From contig JAHJIX010000017.1 of assembly GCA_018823045.1 (NCBI GenBank), positions 52,300 through 116,299 on the forward strand: DNA of 64,000 nucleotides, written 5' to 3'. The notes under the pieces are model-generated. The model was not told the DNA's origin. It did not search any database and saw only the letters and a program-made list of their open reading frames with translations. Below, piece after piece: positions 9,335 to 17,227 of this stretch. A program made the translations under genes and the position numbers. The stretch is from Patescibacteria group bacterium. Its GTDB lineage: Bacteria; Patescibacteriota; Patescibacteriia; Magasanikbacterales; UBA922. Position 1 is the stretch's first letter. Each line of letters begins with the position of its first letter.

Positions 9335-10330
9335 TTACAAATCACGCATGCCTGTAATTTTATTCTTCACAATCCAGCACGCTACTTTATGTGGGTTCTT
9401 TTTAATCGCTGTTCTTGCAGTACAAATCATCCAGGCAGGTTGCCCAATGGTGCGTACTTGTTTTCGTGATTCATTTGCTTTTTTCCCTTGCCATAAACTA
9501 TCCCAATATGCATGCTCACGCAAATTGCCCATTGGAAAATTATGCACCACAGATGGATACACCACTCCATCTGGATCAAGATAAAAGAATTTTGTTCCTG
9601 GATCATTATTTAACACCTGTTTTTTTTCTATACTAAATTTGTAGAGCCCGTGTGCAAAAAATGCACGAACCCACTTTTTCGGATTCCAGCTAGAGAGCTC
9701 ACTATTCATGATATGCAAATACTGTTTTTTTAACTCTTTTTTATCTGGATTATTATCAATATCGATGCCAAAATAGTGCTCTGAACTTTGCGCAAATGCA
9801 TGGGTAAACTGAATGCCTCGTTTTTTACTCTCATCATATACCTTACCGAAGTCTTGAATATTTTCTGGTAAAATAGTAAATGCCAAGCGTAAATTTTTCA
9901 TGCCTAATTTTTGAAGACGCTCAATCGTATCCATGTCTTTATTCCACGCATCTGGAATACGACGAATTTTTTCATGCATGTCTTTATACCCATCCACAGA
10001 AATTGCAACACCAATATCTGGCATAATCTTTAAAATTTCTTTCATGCGTTTTTCGATCAAATCAGGCATAAACCCGTTTGATGAAATAACAATACGCGCT
10101 TTAGGGCAACGCTCATGCACAACACGAACAATCTCTACAATATCTTTGCGTAAAAATGGTTCACCACCAGAGATATTAATATCTCTAAGTGATTGTGGTA
10201 ATTTTTTATATTCTGCCACTGGTAATTCTGGAGAATTTTTAATTTTCCAAATATTACACATGGTACAGCGAGAATTACAATTATACGTTGTTCCGATCAC
10301 ACAATCAATTGGTTGTTCTACTTTTTTCAT
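9335..10330 (-). CDS. Radical SAM domain protein
   Basis: 331 aa. CxxxCxxC cluster near the N-terminus (YNCNSRCTMCNIW) plus a glycine-rich SAM motif (NISGGEPFL). Confidence 0.7.
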   Translation of the reverse strand: MKKVEQPIDCVIGTTYNCNSRCTMCNIWKIKNSPELPVAEYKKLPQSLRDINISGGEPFLRKDIVEIVRVVHERCPKARIVISSNGFMPDLIEKRMKEILKIMPDIGVAISVDGYKDMHEKIRRIPDAWNKDMDTIERLQKLGMKNLRLAFTILPENIQDFGKVYDESKKRGIQFTHAFAQSSEHYFGIDIDNNPDKKELKKQYLHIMNSELSSWNPKKWVRAFFAHGLYKFSIEKKQVLNNDPGTKFFYLDPDGVVYPSVVHNFPMGNLREHAYWDSLWQGKKANESRKQVRTIGQPAWMICTARTAIKKNPHKVACWIVKNKITGMRDL

Positions 10331-10441
10331 AATCAGACATTATTTGACAAAATTGCTTTTTTATGGTATATTTTACTTACTTTTTGACGCCTCGATTTAT
10401 CGAGGAGGTTCGTCCCCCGCTTCATGCGAGGGACAGTTTTT

Positions 10442-10852
10442 TTATAGAAATTGTTTAATATACACTTCTACTATTTTTTTAAATTCATCTATTGGAACCA
10501 CACCGTCCTTATTTAACAATCTTTTACTACTTATTGTTCTTCCTTGAGTTATATTTATAACTCTTTTTTTATCACCAACACTTACAGGCACCTGATACCA
10601 AACAACTGGATTCTTTATTTGAGTAGTTAGTGGCAAAACAAAACACATATCAGCATTATATTTTTTTACAATCAATACAGGTCGATGAAAATCTTCATGT
10701 TTACCATCTACTTCCAATCCAATGTTCTTTCCTAATGCTGCCCACCAAACTTGCCCTTCATAAAAATAAATGTCTCTTTTCTTTTTTTTGATGTGATATC
10801 TTATTTTCTTTTTTGTCCAATCAATAAATGATTCTGCAATATTCATAATCAT
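10442..10852 (-). CDS. MazF/PemK-family type II toxin (mRNA interferase)-like protein with ~40-aa N-terminal extension
   Basis: 136 aa. EGQVWWAALGKNIGLEVDGKHEDFHRPVLIVKKYNADMCFVLPLTTQ matches the MazF/PemK signature (G-V-W…G-E-GK-RP-L-V…V-PLT). Confidence 0.55.
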   Translation of the reverse strand: MIMNIAESFIDWTKKKIRYHIKKKKRDIYFYEGQVWWAALGKNIGLEVDGKHEDFHRPVLIVKKYNADMCFVLPLTTQIKNPVVWYQVPVSVGDKKRVINITQGRTISSKRLLNKDGVVPIDEFKKIVEVYIKQFL

Positions 10853-10883
10853 AATATAGTGTTAATCATATAATATGTGCGAA

Positions 10884-10944
10884 TTACGAATGTGACTACG
10901 TCACTACGAATAGATTCGTATATTCGTACTATTCGTCATTCGCA
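10884..10944. promoter_or_regulatory. Array of 6-7 ACGAAT/ATTCGT hexamer repeats (direct and inverted) in the 5' region of the MazF-like gene
   Basis: ttacgaat…ctacgaatagattcgtatattcgtactattcgtcattcg; includes the palindrome CGAATAGATTCG. It resembles an operator/iteron cluster. Confidence 0.45.
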
Positions 10945-10948
10945 TCCC

Positions 10949-12451
10949 CTACTCCCATTTATCAGTAAGAAAATCACCTTTTTTCTTTTCTTCTCTCCAA
11001 AAGAGTACCATAATCCCAATCAAAATCCAAATATAAAACATTTGTGTTCTAAATTCAAAATACGGTCCAAAAAAACCAATGACCATATATCCAACTAAGG
11101 TACCCACTAATCCGGTTGCAAAAATATATAATATATTTTTTTCTCGCTGTCTTTGACGCACATAGAGTGCAGCACGAATACTTGCCCCCCAAAGTGCGAT
11201 ATAAGCAAGAAGACCAATAGTCCCAAGCTCTCCCCAGAGGCTCATCCAACTATTATCTATTTGCCCATATTTATTTTCAATACCAAATGGCATTTTTAAG
11301 CGATCATATGTTTCTGTGTTTAATAGCGCTGCTGCGACTCCTCCACCATAATTACCTGGCCCCACTCCAAAAAATGGATGGTACTGCACCACCATACGTG
11401 GCGTATTGATAATAAAGAAAATTCGTCCATATCCTTCATAACTTTCTCGCCATGCCCGCAAACTCACTGCCTCAAGCATACGCTCTGGAATAGATTGGTT
11501 TGGTGTCTCGACTATATGCGAAACATTTTCTTGTACCATGACAAACATACCAATATAGCCAATCATACAGGCCGCAAAAGCTCCAACAGCAATCATGATT
11601 CTTTTATCTTTCATGAGAATAATTCCCATGGTCATCACCGCTGCTACATATCCAATCCAACTTGCTCGTGAATATGTTAGCACTAAGGCAAGAATACCAA
11701 TTGCACTTGCAACCCAATACAAATAATATTGAGTACTCTGTTTTTTAAGTACATATAAAAATGGAAACAGCATGCTCAATCCAATAGCAAGTAAACTTCC
11801 TAAACGATCATAACGCCCCATAGTAGCAAAAACACGACTGCCAGGAGTCCAAAATTGCTCAATGCCACCCAAAACTGCGGTATTCCCAATATTAACCACA
11901 GCTGTAGAAAATAAATAGGCATCAAGTCGTCCACCTGCAGCGTATTGGAGTAAGCCTAATACAGCTTGAAAGAGTATCATGACTCCTCCTAAATATAGCA
12001 ATCGGATAAGAATTGGCTTTTCTAGTCGCAAAAATAATAAAACAAAAAATATTAGACCAAAGCGGAGTATTTGCCGCATACCCAATAACCAAACAAATGG
12101 TTCATATTGATTGAGTATAAGCGAGATACAGGCAAACAAAACAAATAGAACAAACCACTTATTGAGTGGATTTTTAGGAAGAATTTGCCGTGCATTTCGT
12201 ATATAATGCACCCACGCACCAATAGTTAAACTATACAATAATAATTCTGGAATATATTTTATATATGCGTAATAATCGATTGGCGCATATTGCAAAATCA
12301 GACTTTCAAACGGAAACCAAATAATAAGTGCATAAATAATCCAATATGTTCTTTTTATTTGAAACAAAAAGAATAGCCCAAAGAATGCTGTAAATAGTAA
12401 CAGACAAAATAAAATAATATTTGGTGGTAGGTATGCAAGAATGGCTGACAT
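10949..12451 (-). CDS. O-antigen ligase/polymerase family (Wzy_C domain) integral membrane protein
   Basis: 500 aa, ~12 TM helices, with the characteristic LTYSRASWIG motif and a large periplasmic loop. Confidence 0.7.
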   Translation of the reverse strand: MSAILAYLPPNIILFCLLLFTAFFGLFFLFQIKRTYWIIYALIIWFPFESLILQYAPIDYYAYIKYIPELLLYSLTIGAWVHYIRNARQILPKNPLNKWFVLFVLFACISLILNQYEPFVWLLGMRQILRFGLIFFVLLFLRLEKPILIRLLYLGGVMILFQAVLGLLQYAAGGRLDAYLFSTAVVNIGNTAVLGGIEQFWTPGSRVFATMGRYDRLGSLLAIGLSMLFPFLYVLKKQSTQYYLYWVASAIGILALVLTYSRASWIGYVAAVMTMGIILMKDKRIMIAVGAFAACMIGYIGMFVMVQENVSHIVETPNQSIPERMLEAVSLRAWRESYEGYGRIFFIINTPRMVVQYHPFFGVGPGNYGGGVAAALLNTETYDRLKMPFGIENKYGQIDNSWMSLWGELGTIGLLAYIALWGASIRAALYVRQRQREKNILYIFATGLVGTLVGYMVIGFFGPYFEFRTQMFYIWILIGIMVLFWREEKKKGDFLTDKWE

Positions 12452-12499
12452 AGTGACATCATAGATGTCATCTTTAATTCTTATTTACAGACAATACTC

Positions 12500-12623
12500 A
12501 CGTCATTGCGAGGTGGCGTGAGCACACCGCGGCAATCCCGTTGTTAAAGAAAAACAATTGTTTTAAGACATAAACAAAGGGATTGCTGCGCCCCGTTTTA
12601 CAAGACGGAGCTCGCAATGACGT
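12500..12623. repeat. Nested-palindrome intergenic repeat element (copy C)
   Basis: ACGTCATTGCGAGGTGGCGTGAGCACACCGCGGCAATCCC…GGGATTGCTGCGCC…GCTCGCAATGACGT. It has the same outer and inner inverted pairs as copy B, with a longer AT-rich central loop. Confidence 0.85.
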
Positions 12624-12713
12624 AAAGTACTGTAGCACTCAAATTAAGGATGACAGTAATATTGTCATTATACCAAAAATAAGCTCTTTTGAGAAGAAAA
12701 AATAAGTATTATA

Positions 12714-12752
12714 AAACCCTGTCTCCGAAGAAACAGGGTTTTGTTTTTTTTG
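12714..12752. terminator. Intrinsic terminator hairpin (AACCCTGTCTCCGAAGAAACAGGGTT + T8)
   Basis: 11-bp stem followed by TTGTTTTTTTT on the plus strand. A weaker U-run is on the minus strand downstream of the TSP3 gene. Confidence 0.5.
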
Positions 12753-12885
12753 ATCTCATACCACCGAAGTGATTTGAGATACATACCACAGAGCTTTTAG
12801 GTAGCAATGTGGCTAGAGTTACGTGTGCCCTACTCACTCAAACCTAATTTTGAGTGGATCGTTGGGTAGCACTGATGAGTATTAT

Positions 12886-14805
12886 TTATTGATTGTCGCC
12901 GTTGTGGCTACAACCAACAGCGCCTGAAGGCAGCGGTGCGCAGGAATAATCCCCGTTCACCGTGTGGCATATGCACGTGGAAAAGTCCCAAGTGGACACG
13001 CTACACTCGCCTTGCTCGCTCCAGTGCCGGCCGTCAGAAACGGCCTCGTTACGAGAAGCACCTCGGACGGGCCACCACTCAAGGTAGGCCTGGTTACCGG
13101 GGGCGCTCGCGGACGCCGTGATAGTCACTGCAAATGAATTGCAATTGCCAGCTTGAGCGATCTGGACGCAGAGGTCCAATACACAGCTCTCACCGTCAGC
13201 GCAGTCAGCATCGTCCATGCAGGTATCCGCGGGAGGCGGAACCTCACAGAGATTACTGACGCAAACTTCGCCATCACCCTGGCAGGGGTTCTGCGGGTCG
13301 CAGTAGCCGGGGATGGGTAGATTTGCGCAGACACCGCTGTTGCAGGTGTCGTTGGTGCTCGGATCGGAGTCATCACAGTCCGCGTCGGTGACGCAGACTG
13401 CACAACCCTCGTTGATCTCACCGTCACAGTCGTTGTCGGCCATGTCATCACAGAGCTCAGGAGCTCCTGGGTAGACACTCGAGTTTCCGTCTTGGCAATC
13501 GACGTCGGCAGTAAAGCCGTCGCCGTCCAAGTCTTCCTCGCCGGGAGTGAAATCACACGCGCCGGGGGCGTCTTCAACGCCGTCACCGTCACAATCGCTG
13601 TCACAGGCGTTGCCGAGGCCGTCGAGGTCGAGGTCTTCTTGACCGGGGTTGGACACGTTGGGGCAGTTGTCGAGGACGTCGGGCACGCCGTCGCCGTCGA
13701 GATCGCTCTCACAAGCGTCGCCGATGCCATCGCCGTCCTGGTCGCACTGGACCGGATCCGTTGTCGGATCATCGTCGCAGTCGGAGGGGGCGTTGGCTAC
13801 GTCAGGGCAGTTGTCTTCGTCGTTGAGGACGTCATCACCGTCGAGGTCGCCGTCGCAAACGTCGCCGTCGCCGTCACCGTCCGTGTCGAGCTGGTTACGG
13901 TTGGCGAGGATACGACAGTTGTCGTCATCATCGTTCCCAGCGATGCCATCGTGGCCATCGTCAGGGATGCGGTCGTTGTCGTCGTCATCGTCACAGGCGT
14001 CGCCGAACTCGTCGTCGTCGCTGTTCAACTGGTCGACGTTGTGGATATCGGGGCAGTTGTCCACGTCGTTGTCGTGGTCATCGCCGTCACGATCGGTGTC
14101 ACAGACATCGCCGAACTCGTCGCCGTCCATGTTCTCTTGGTTGGGGTTCGCGGTGTCGGGGCAGTTGTCGATGCCATCGCCGATGCCATCGCCGTCACGA
14201 TCGTCCTCACAGACGTCGCCAGTGCCGTCACCGTCGGTGTCAATCTGGTCGGCGTTGGGGACGAGGCGGCAATTGTCGTCGTCTTCGTTTCCGTCGACGC
14301 CGTCATCACCGAAGTCAAGGACGCCGTCGTTGTCGTCATCGTCGTCGCAAGCGTCGCCGAGATCGTCGTCGTCGGTGTTCGCTTGCATCGGGTTGGGCAC
14401 GTCGGGGCAGTTGTCGTCATCGTTGCCGAGGGCGTCGTTATCGCGATCGCTGTCGCACTCGTCGCCGATGCCATCGCTGTCGATGTCGATCTGCCGAACG
14501 CACATGTTCTCGACGCAGAAGATCGGAGCAGCGAACTTGGCGCCATCGGGCCCCACCATGATGGCGGGGATGTCGATGCAGTCGTTGGCGTCGGCGCAGG
14601 CCACGGGGGCCTCGTCGACGAGCGCGGGCTCAGCGGGGGGGTTGGCGGTGCGGGGGCAGTTGTCAGCCCCGATGGGGATGCCGTCGGGGGTCAAGGCCGC
14701 CTCAGAGGCGGACGTGGAAGAGGGACCCTGGCCGGTCGCGCTACACGCGACGGCGAAGATCGAGAAGAGAAACAGGGCGATCATGCGCTGCATGACTTTC
14801 TCCAT
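12886..14805 (-). CDS. Thrombospondin type-3 (TSP3) repeat calcium-binding lipoprotein, Asp-rich
   Basis: 639 aa. Signal peptide + lipobox (LFSIFAVAC|S). More than 10 tandem repeats fit the TSP3 consensus DNCPxxxNxxQxDxDxDGxGDxCDxDxDNDG (e.g. [63 protein letters not shown]). Cys-rich C-terminal domain. ~65% GC. Confidence 0.8.
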   Translation of the reverse strand: MEKVMQRMIALFLFSIFAVACSATGQGPSSTSASEAALTPDGIPIGADNCPRTANPPAEPALVDEAPVACADANDCIDIPAIMVGPDGAKFAAPIFCVENMCVRQIDIDSDGIGDECDSDRDNDALGNDDDNCPDVPNPMQANTDDDDLGDACDDDDDNDGVLDFGDDGVDGNEDDDNCRLVPNADQIDTDGDGTGDVCEDDRDGDGIGDGIDNCPDTANPNQENMDGDEFGDVCDTDRDGDDHDNDVDNCPDIHNVDQLNSDDDEFGDACDDDDDNDRIPDDGHDGIAGNDDDDNCRILANRNQLDTDGDGDGDVCDGDLDGDDVLNDEDNCPDVANAPSDCDDDPTTDPVQCDQDGDGIGDACESDLDGDGVPDVLDNCPNVSNPGQEDLDLDGLGNACDSDCDGDGVEDAPGACDFTPGEEDLDGDGFTADVDCQDGNSSVYPGAPELCDDMADNDCDGEINEGCAVCVTDADCDDSDPSTNDTCNSGVCANLPIPGYCDPQNPCQGDGEVCVSNLCEVPPPADTCMDDADCADGESCVLDLCVQIAQAGNCNSFAVTITASASAPGNQAYLEWWPVRGASRNEAVSDGRHWSEQGECSVSTWDFSTCICHTVNGDYSCAPLPSGAVGCSHNGDNQ

Positions 14806-14882
14806 TACTGGTATCGTGTATGATCTTTATGCTTAAAAAGATTACTTCATATCACGATACGTTAACAAAACCAGAAACTTTT

Positions 14883-15677
14883 CTAGAACGTCCAGCCGGT
14901 AGACACACCTAAGCGTGTCGCACCGAAACCGGATTCTTGCGTCGGAACCATGGGCGGCTCTGTCCCTGCTGGGAAGAGACCGACCTGGGGGCGTTGCGCC
15001 ACCCACTCAGAATGACCGAAACCGACTTGAAGGCCGATCCGAAAACCAGAGTTAAACAGACGCTCAACCTGCAGCTCGCCCATGTGGGTCTGCAACAGGT
15101 CGCCCTCGATATCAGCAGTTTCATCCCAAATGAGAAGACCTCGATACCCAAGCGCAAAGCGCCAGGCATCGATTCCTCGATACTGGGTCCCGAGAAACAC
15201 CGAAGTGCCTCCGGGTTTGAAACCGTCCATGTAGGCCGGAGCCCACGCGGTCGTTCCACGTCCATACCAGTTCTCGGCTATGCGGAGGTTTAACTCCAAA
15301 CCAAGTTCCAATAAAAACGCGTTGTCACCGTTGTCTGGTGTGATCAAGGCCACGGGGGTTAACCCGAGTCCCCAATCCCACTTTTTCTCCAAAGTCTCAA
15401 CCCTCTTTACAATCTGAGGGTCGGCTTGTGGCGGGGGCGGAGGAACTGGACATGAAACGATTTCAGAGGCCGTCTGCTCGTCAGAGCAGATGCCCGTTAT
15501 GCGAACCTTCTTACCAGGCGCACACTCGTTTAGGTCAAGGACCTTTTCCAATACCTCTCCATCCGGACAGGTAAGCTTAACTTTCCAACTGTTTTGTGCG
15601 TTAACCGGGTTCAGCCCGGCACTGATCACGGCCAGCATGGCCGTGACGAAGAGCGCCTTAATGGTGCTCCTTATCAT
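14883..15677 (-). CDS. Outer-membrane beta-barrel-like protein (signal peptide, C-terminal …TGWTF)
   Basis: 264 aa. N-terminal signal peptide (MIRSTIKALFVTAMLAVISAGLNPVNA). Alternating amphipathic beta-strand pattern in the C-terminal half, ending in an aromatic residue (F) as in OMP barrels. Immediately upstream of the TSP3 gene (operon-like). GC-rich. Confidence 0.5.
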   Translation of the reverse strand: MIRSTIKALFVTAMLAVISAGLNPVNAQNSWKVKLTCPDGEVLEKVLDLNECAPGKKVRITGICSDEQTASEIVSCPVPPPPPQADPQIVKRVETLEKKWDWGLGLTPVALITPDNGDNAFLLELGLELNLRIAENWYGRGTTAWAPAYMDGFKPGGTSVFLGTQYRGIDAWRFALGYRGLLIWDETADIEGDLLQTHMGELQVERLFNSGFRIGLQVGFGHSEWVAQRPQVGLFPAGTEPPMVPTQESGFGATRLGVSTGWTF

Positions 15678-15727
15678 ACCAACCTCCTTGCCAGCCGTTT
15701 AGGTGGCGGGGTTTATGTGTTTGGTAA

Positions 15728-15770
15728 CTACAGGATTAAAGAAAGTATATTACTTTGCTTAATCCTGTAG
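15728..15770. repeat. Perfect 12-bp inverted repeat CTACAGGATTAA…TTAATCCTGTAG with a palindromic 19-bp loop, in an AT-rich spacer inside the GC-rich island
   Basis: Direct reading of both arms. No T-run follows. Confidence 0.6.
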
Positions 15771-16026
15771 TCCAAATACAATTGGTAGATATGATGTATA
15801 TTAGTTTAATACTCATCAATTGTAATGATCGATTTAGGATGTGTTAAATCCTCAATCATCATTTAACTTGTCATAAGCATAAATGATGATAGTTGGATCC
15901 TCTATACAAGAAAGTATAGAGGTTAAGGCTCATCTAATAGTTGATCTACGTTGTGGACGTAATTCAATTATATAACGATGCTATCACGCGCCTTGAGGTG
16001 AGTGTGATAGTATTTGAAGATAGAAA

Positions 16027-17004
16027 TTAGGGAATGTACTCCGTCTCCAAACGGGGACGAGCACGAGCAGTCCTTCGACTGTCTCCTAATGATGTGGGGT
16101 TGGAGGCCGGAGCAGGCTTCTTCGCCTTGGCGACGGCCTTATTCTCCTTCTCCCACTTGTTGATTGAATTTTTTGTTAACCAGACACCGTGATCCTTGCG
16201 GATCTTTTTGCGGCACTCTTTGACGCTCTTGGAGGAATTTCGGCAAAGTTTGTACTCTTCCTCATGTCCCTTGGAGCGGAAAGATCGGATGGCGTAGGCC
16301 TGTTGGTTTACCTTTAAAGACAAATTCTTGAAATCATCGTCGTGATCATCTAACCGATCACTGTTGATCTTGATATCTACCCTGTTATCCTTGATCAACT
16401 TTAAATGTCCATCGAAGACGGTCTTGGCTGTTGCAAAGGCCTTATCGTGATTACCGAGACGGGTATCATGACCAGCGAGCTTCGTGTCGTGGTCGACGAG
16501 GCGAGCCTCGACGGCAGTGATACGATCATCTTGGTTATGATTCCAATCCATGAAACCGTCACGAGAAAACACCCAGACCATCGCCAAGATGAGAACTAAG
16601 ATGAGGGCCAAGACCCCCCAGAGCCAGCCTTTCCCGGTAGGGAGGTTGCTCAGGACGGCTTGGAGTCTATCTTCGCGAACGAGCTTATTGTTTGTGCGCC
16701 CGTTGTTGTTCTCGAACGTGTTCAAACGATCAGTGATGTAGGTGTCACGATCATGGTTGGCGAGCTGCGCGGCGGTCTGAACCGCGAGGTAGATCTTGAG
16801 GGCGGCGGCTTGATCGGTAGGGTCAGTGATATCCCTCTTGATCACAGCTTGCCCCTTTGAGGGATCAGCGATGATTTCGTTGAGAGCGGACTCGCTGAGC
16901 CCTGGAATGAGTTCCTTGAGTTTATCCTTCACGGTTCGTTCTTCCTTTGGCCACTGGGGCCGGCTTTTTGGTAAGCCCCAAGTACAGGGCCAGTGACACC
17001 GCAA
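16027..17004 (-). CDS. Hypothetical membrane protein (single TM, His/Asp-rich repeats HD-T-K-L-A-G-HD), GC ~52%
   Basis: 325-aa ORF. TM segment LWGVLALILVLILAMVWVF. Repeated xHDxxL motifs (VDHDTKLAGHDTRLGNHDKAF). The true start is uncertain. Confidence 0.4.
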   Translation of the reverse strand: MRCHWPCTWGLPKSRPQWPKEERTVKDKLKELIPGLSESALNEIIADPSKGQAVIKRDITDPTDQAAALKIYLAVQTAAQLANHDRDTYITDRLNTFENNNGRTNNKLVREDRLQAVLSNLPTGKGWLWGVLALILVLILAMVWVFSRDGFMDWNHNQDDRITAVEARLVDHDTKLAGHDTRLGNHDKAFATAKTVFDGHLKLIKDNRVDIKINSDRLDDHDDDFKNLSLKVNQQAYAIRSFRSKGHEEEYKLCRNSSKSVKECRKKIRKDHGVWLTKNSINKWEKENKAVAKAKKPAPASNPTSLGDSRRTARARPRLETEYIP

Positions 17005-17176
17005 CGATTGTCGCGGCAGGTTTCGGTTTTAATTTTTTTCTATCTTCAATTGTAGGGTACAGTGTTATCTGTAAAGTATATTTTCATACACTTATCATAT
17101 AACAGCACACTATAACACACTTTCAGACTTTTGTCAAGTCTTTCTGTGTGTATAATTATTTTTTGGCTTAAATAAG

Positions 17177-17211
17177 CAAAAAAAGAATCAGATATTACTC
17201 TGATTCTTTTT
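17177..17211 (-). terminator. Bidirectional intrinsic terminator (AGAATCAGATATTACTCTGATTCT flanked by A7/T5)
   Basis: 9-bp stem. U-run on the minus strand directly downstream of the 1779-aa gene. Confidence 0.65.
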
Positions 17212-17227
17212 ACTCTATTATAACTTA

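Larger units (their letters stand above)
12640..17040. other. GC-rich (approx 55-65% GC) compositional island in a ~33% GC background. Horizontally acquired segment or assembly chimera.
   Basis: There is an abrupt shift in base composition and codon usage (GAC/GCC/GTC-rich) across 12886-15700 and 16030-17010. The island is bounded by a palindromic repeat (12500-12623) on one side and a bidirectional terminator (17184-17207) on the other. Confidence 0.7.

Noticed and set aside
10399-10435. Hairpin GTCCCCCGCTTCATGCGAGGGAC + T7 as a terminator for the minus-strand MazF-like or radical-SAM genes
   Set aside because: The U-run follows the hairpin only on the plus strand, where no upstream plus-strand gene exists. 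On the minus strand an A-run precedes it. It may terminate antisense or short-RNA transcription but cannot be assigned.
12886-14805. Interpreting the Asp-rich protein as a calsequestrin-like or dockerin protein
   Set aside because: The spacing DNCP…N..Q.D.D.DG.GD.CD with paired Cys per repeat is specific for thrombospondin type-3 repeats, not dockerin (no paired-helix segments) or generic acidic low-complexity.
13492-14836. Long plus-strand ORFs (443 aa and 395 aa) antisense to the TSP3 gene
   Set aside because: Low-complexity V/A/S-rich translations are produced by the reverse complement of GAC/GTC/GCC-rich repeats. The minus-strand product has clear TSP3 repeats, a signal peptide and a lipobox.
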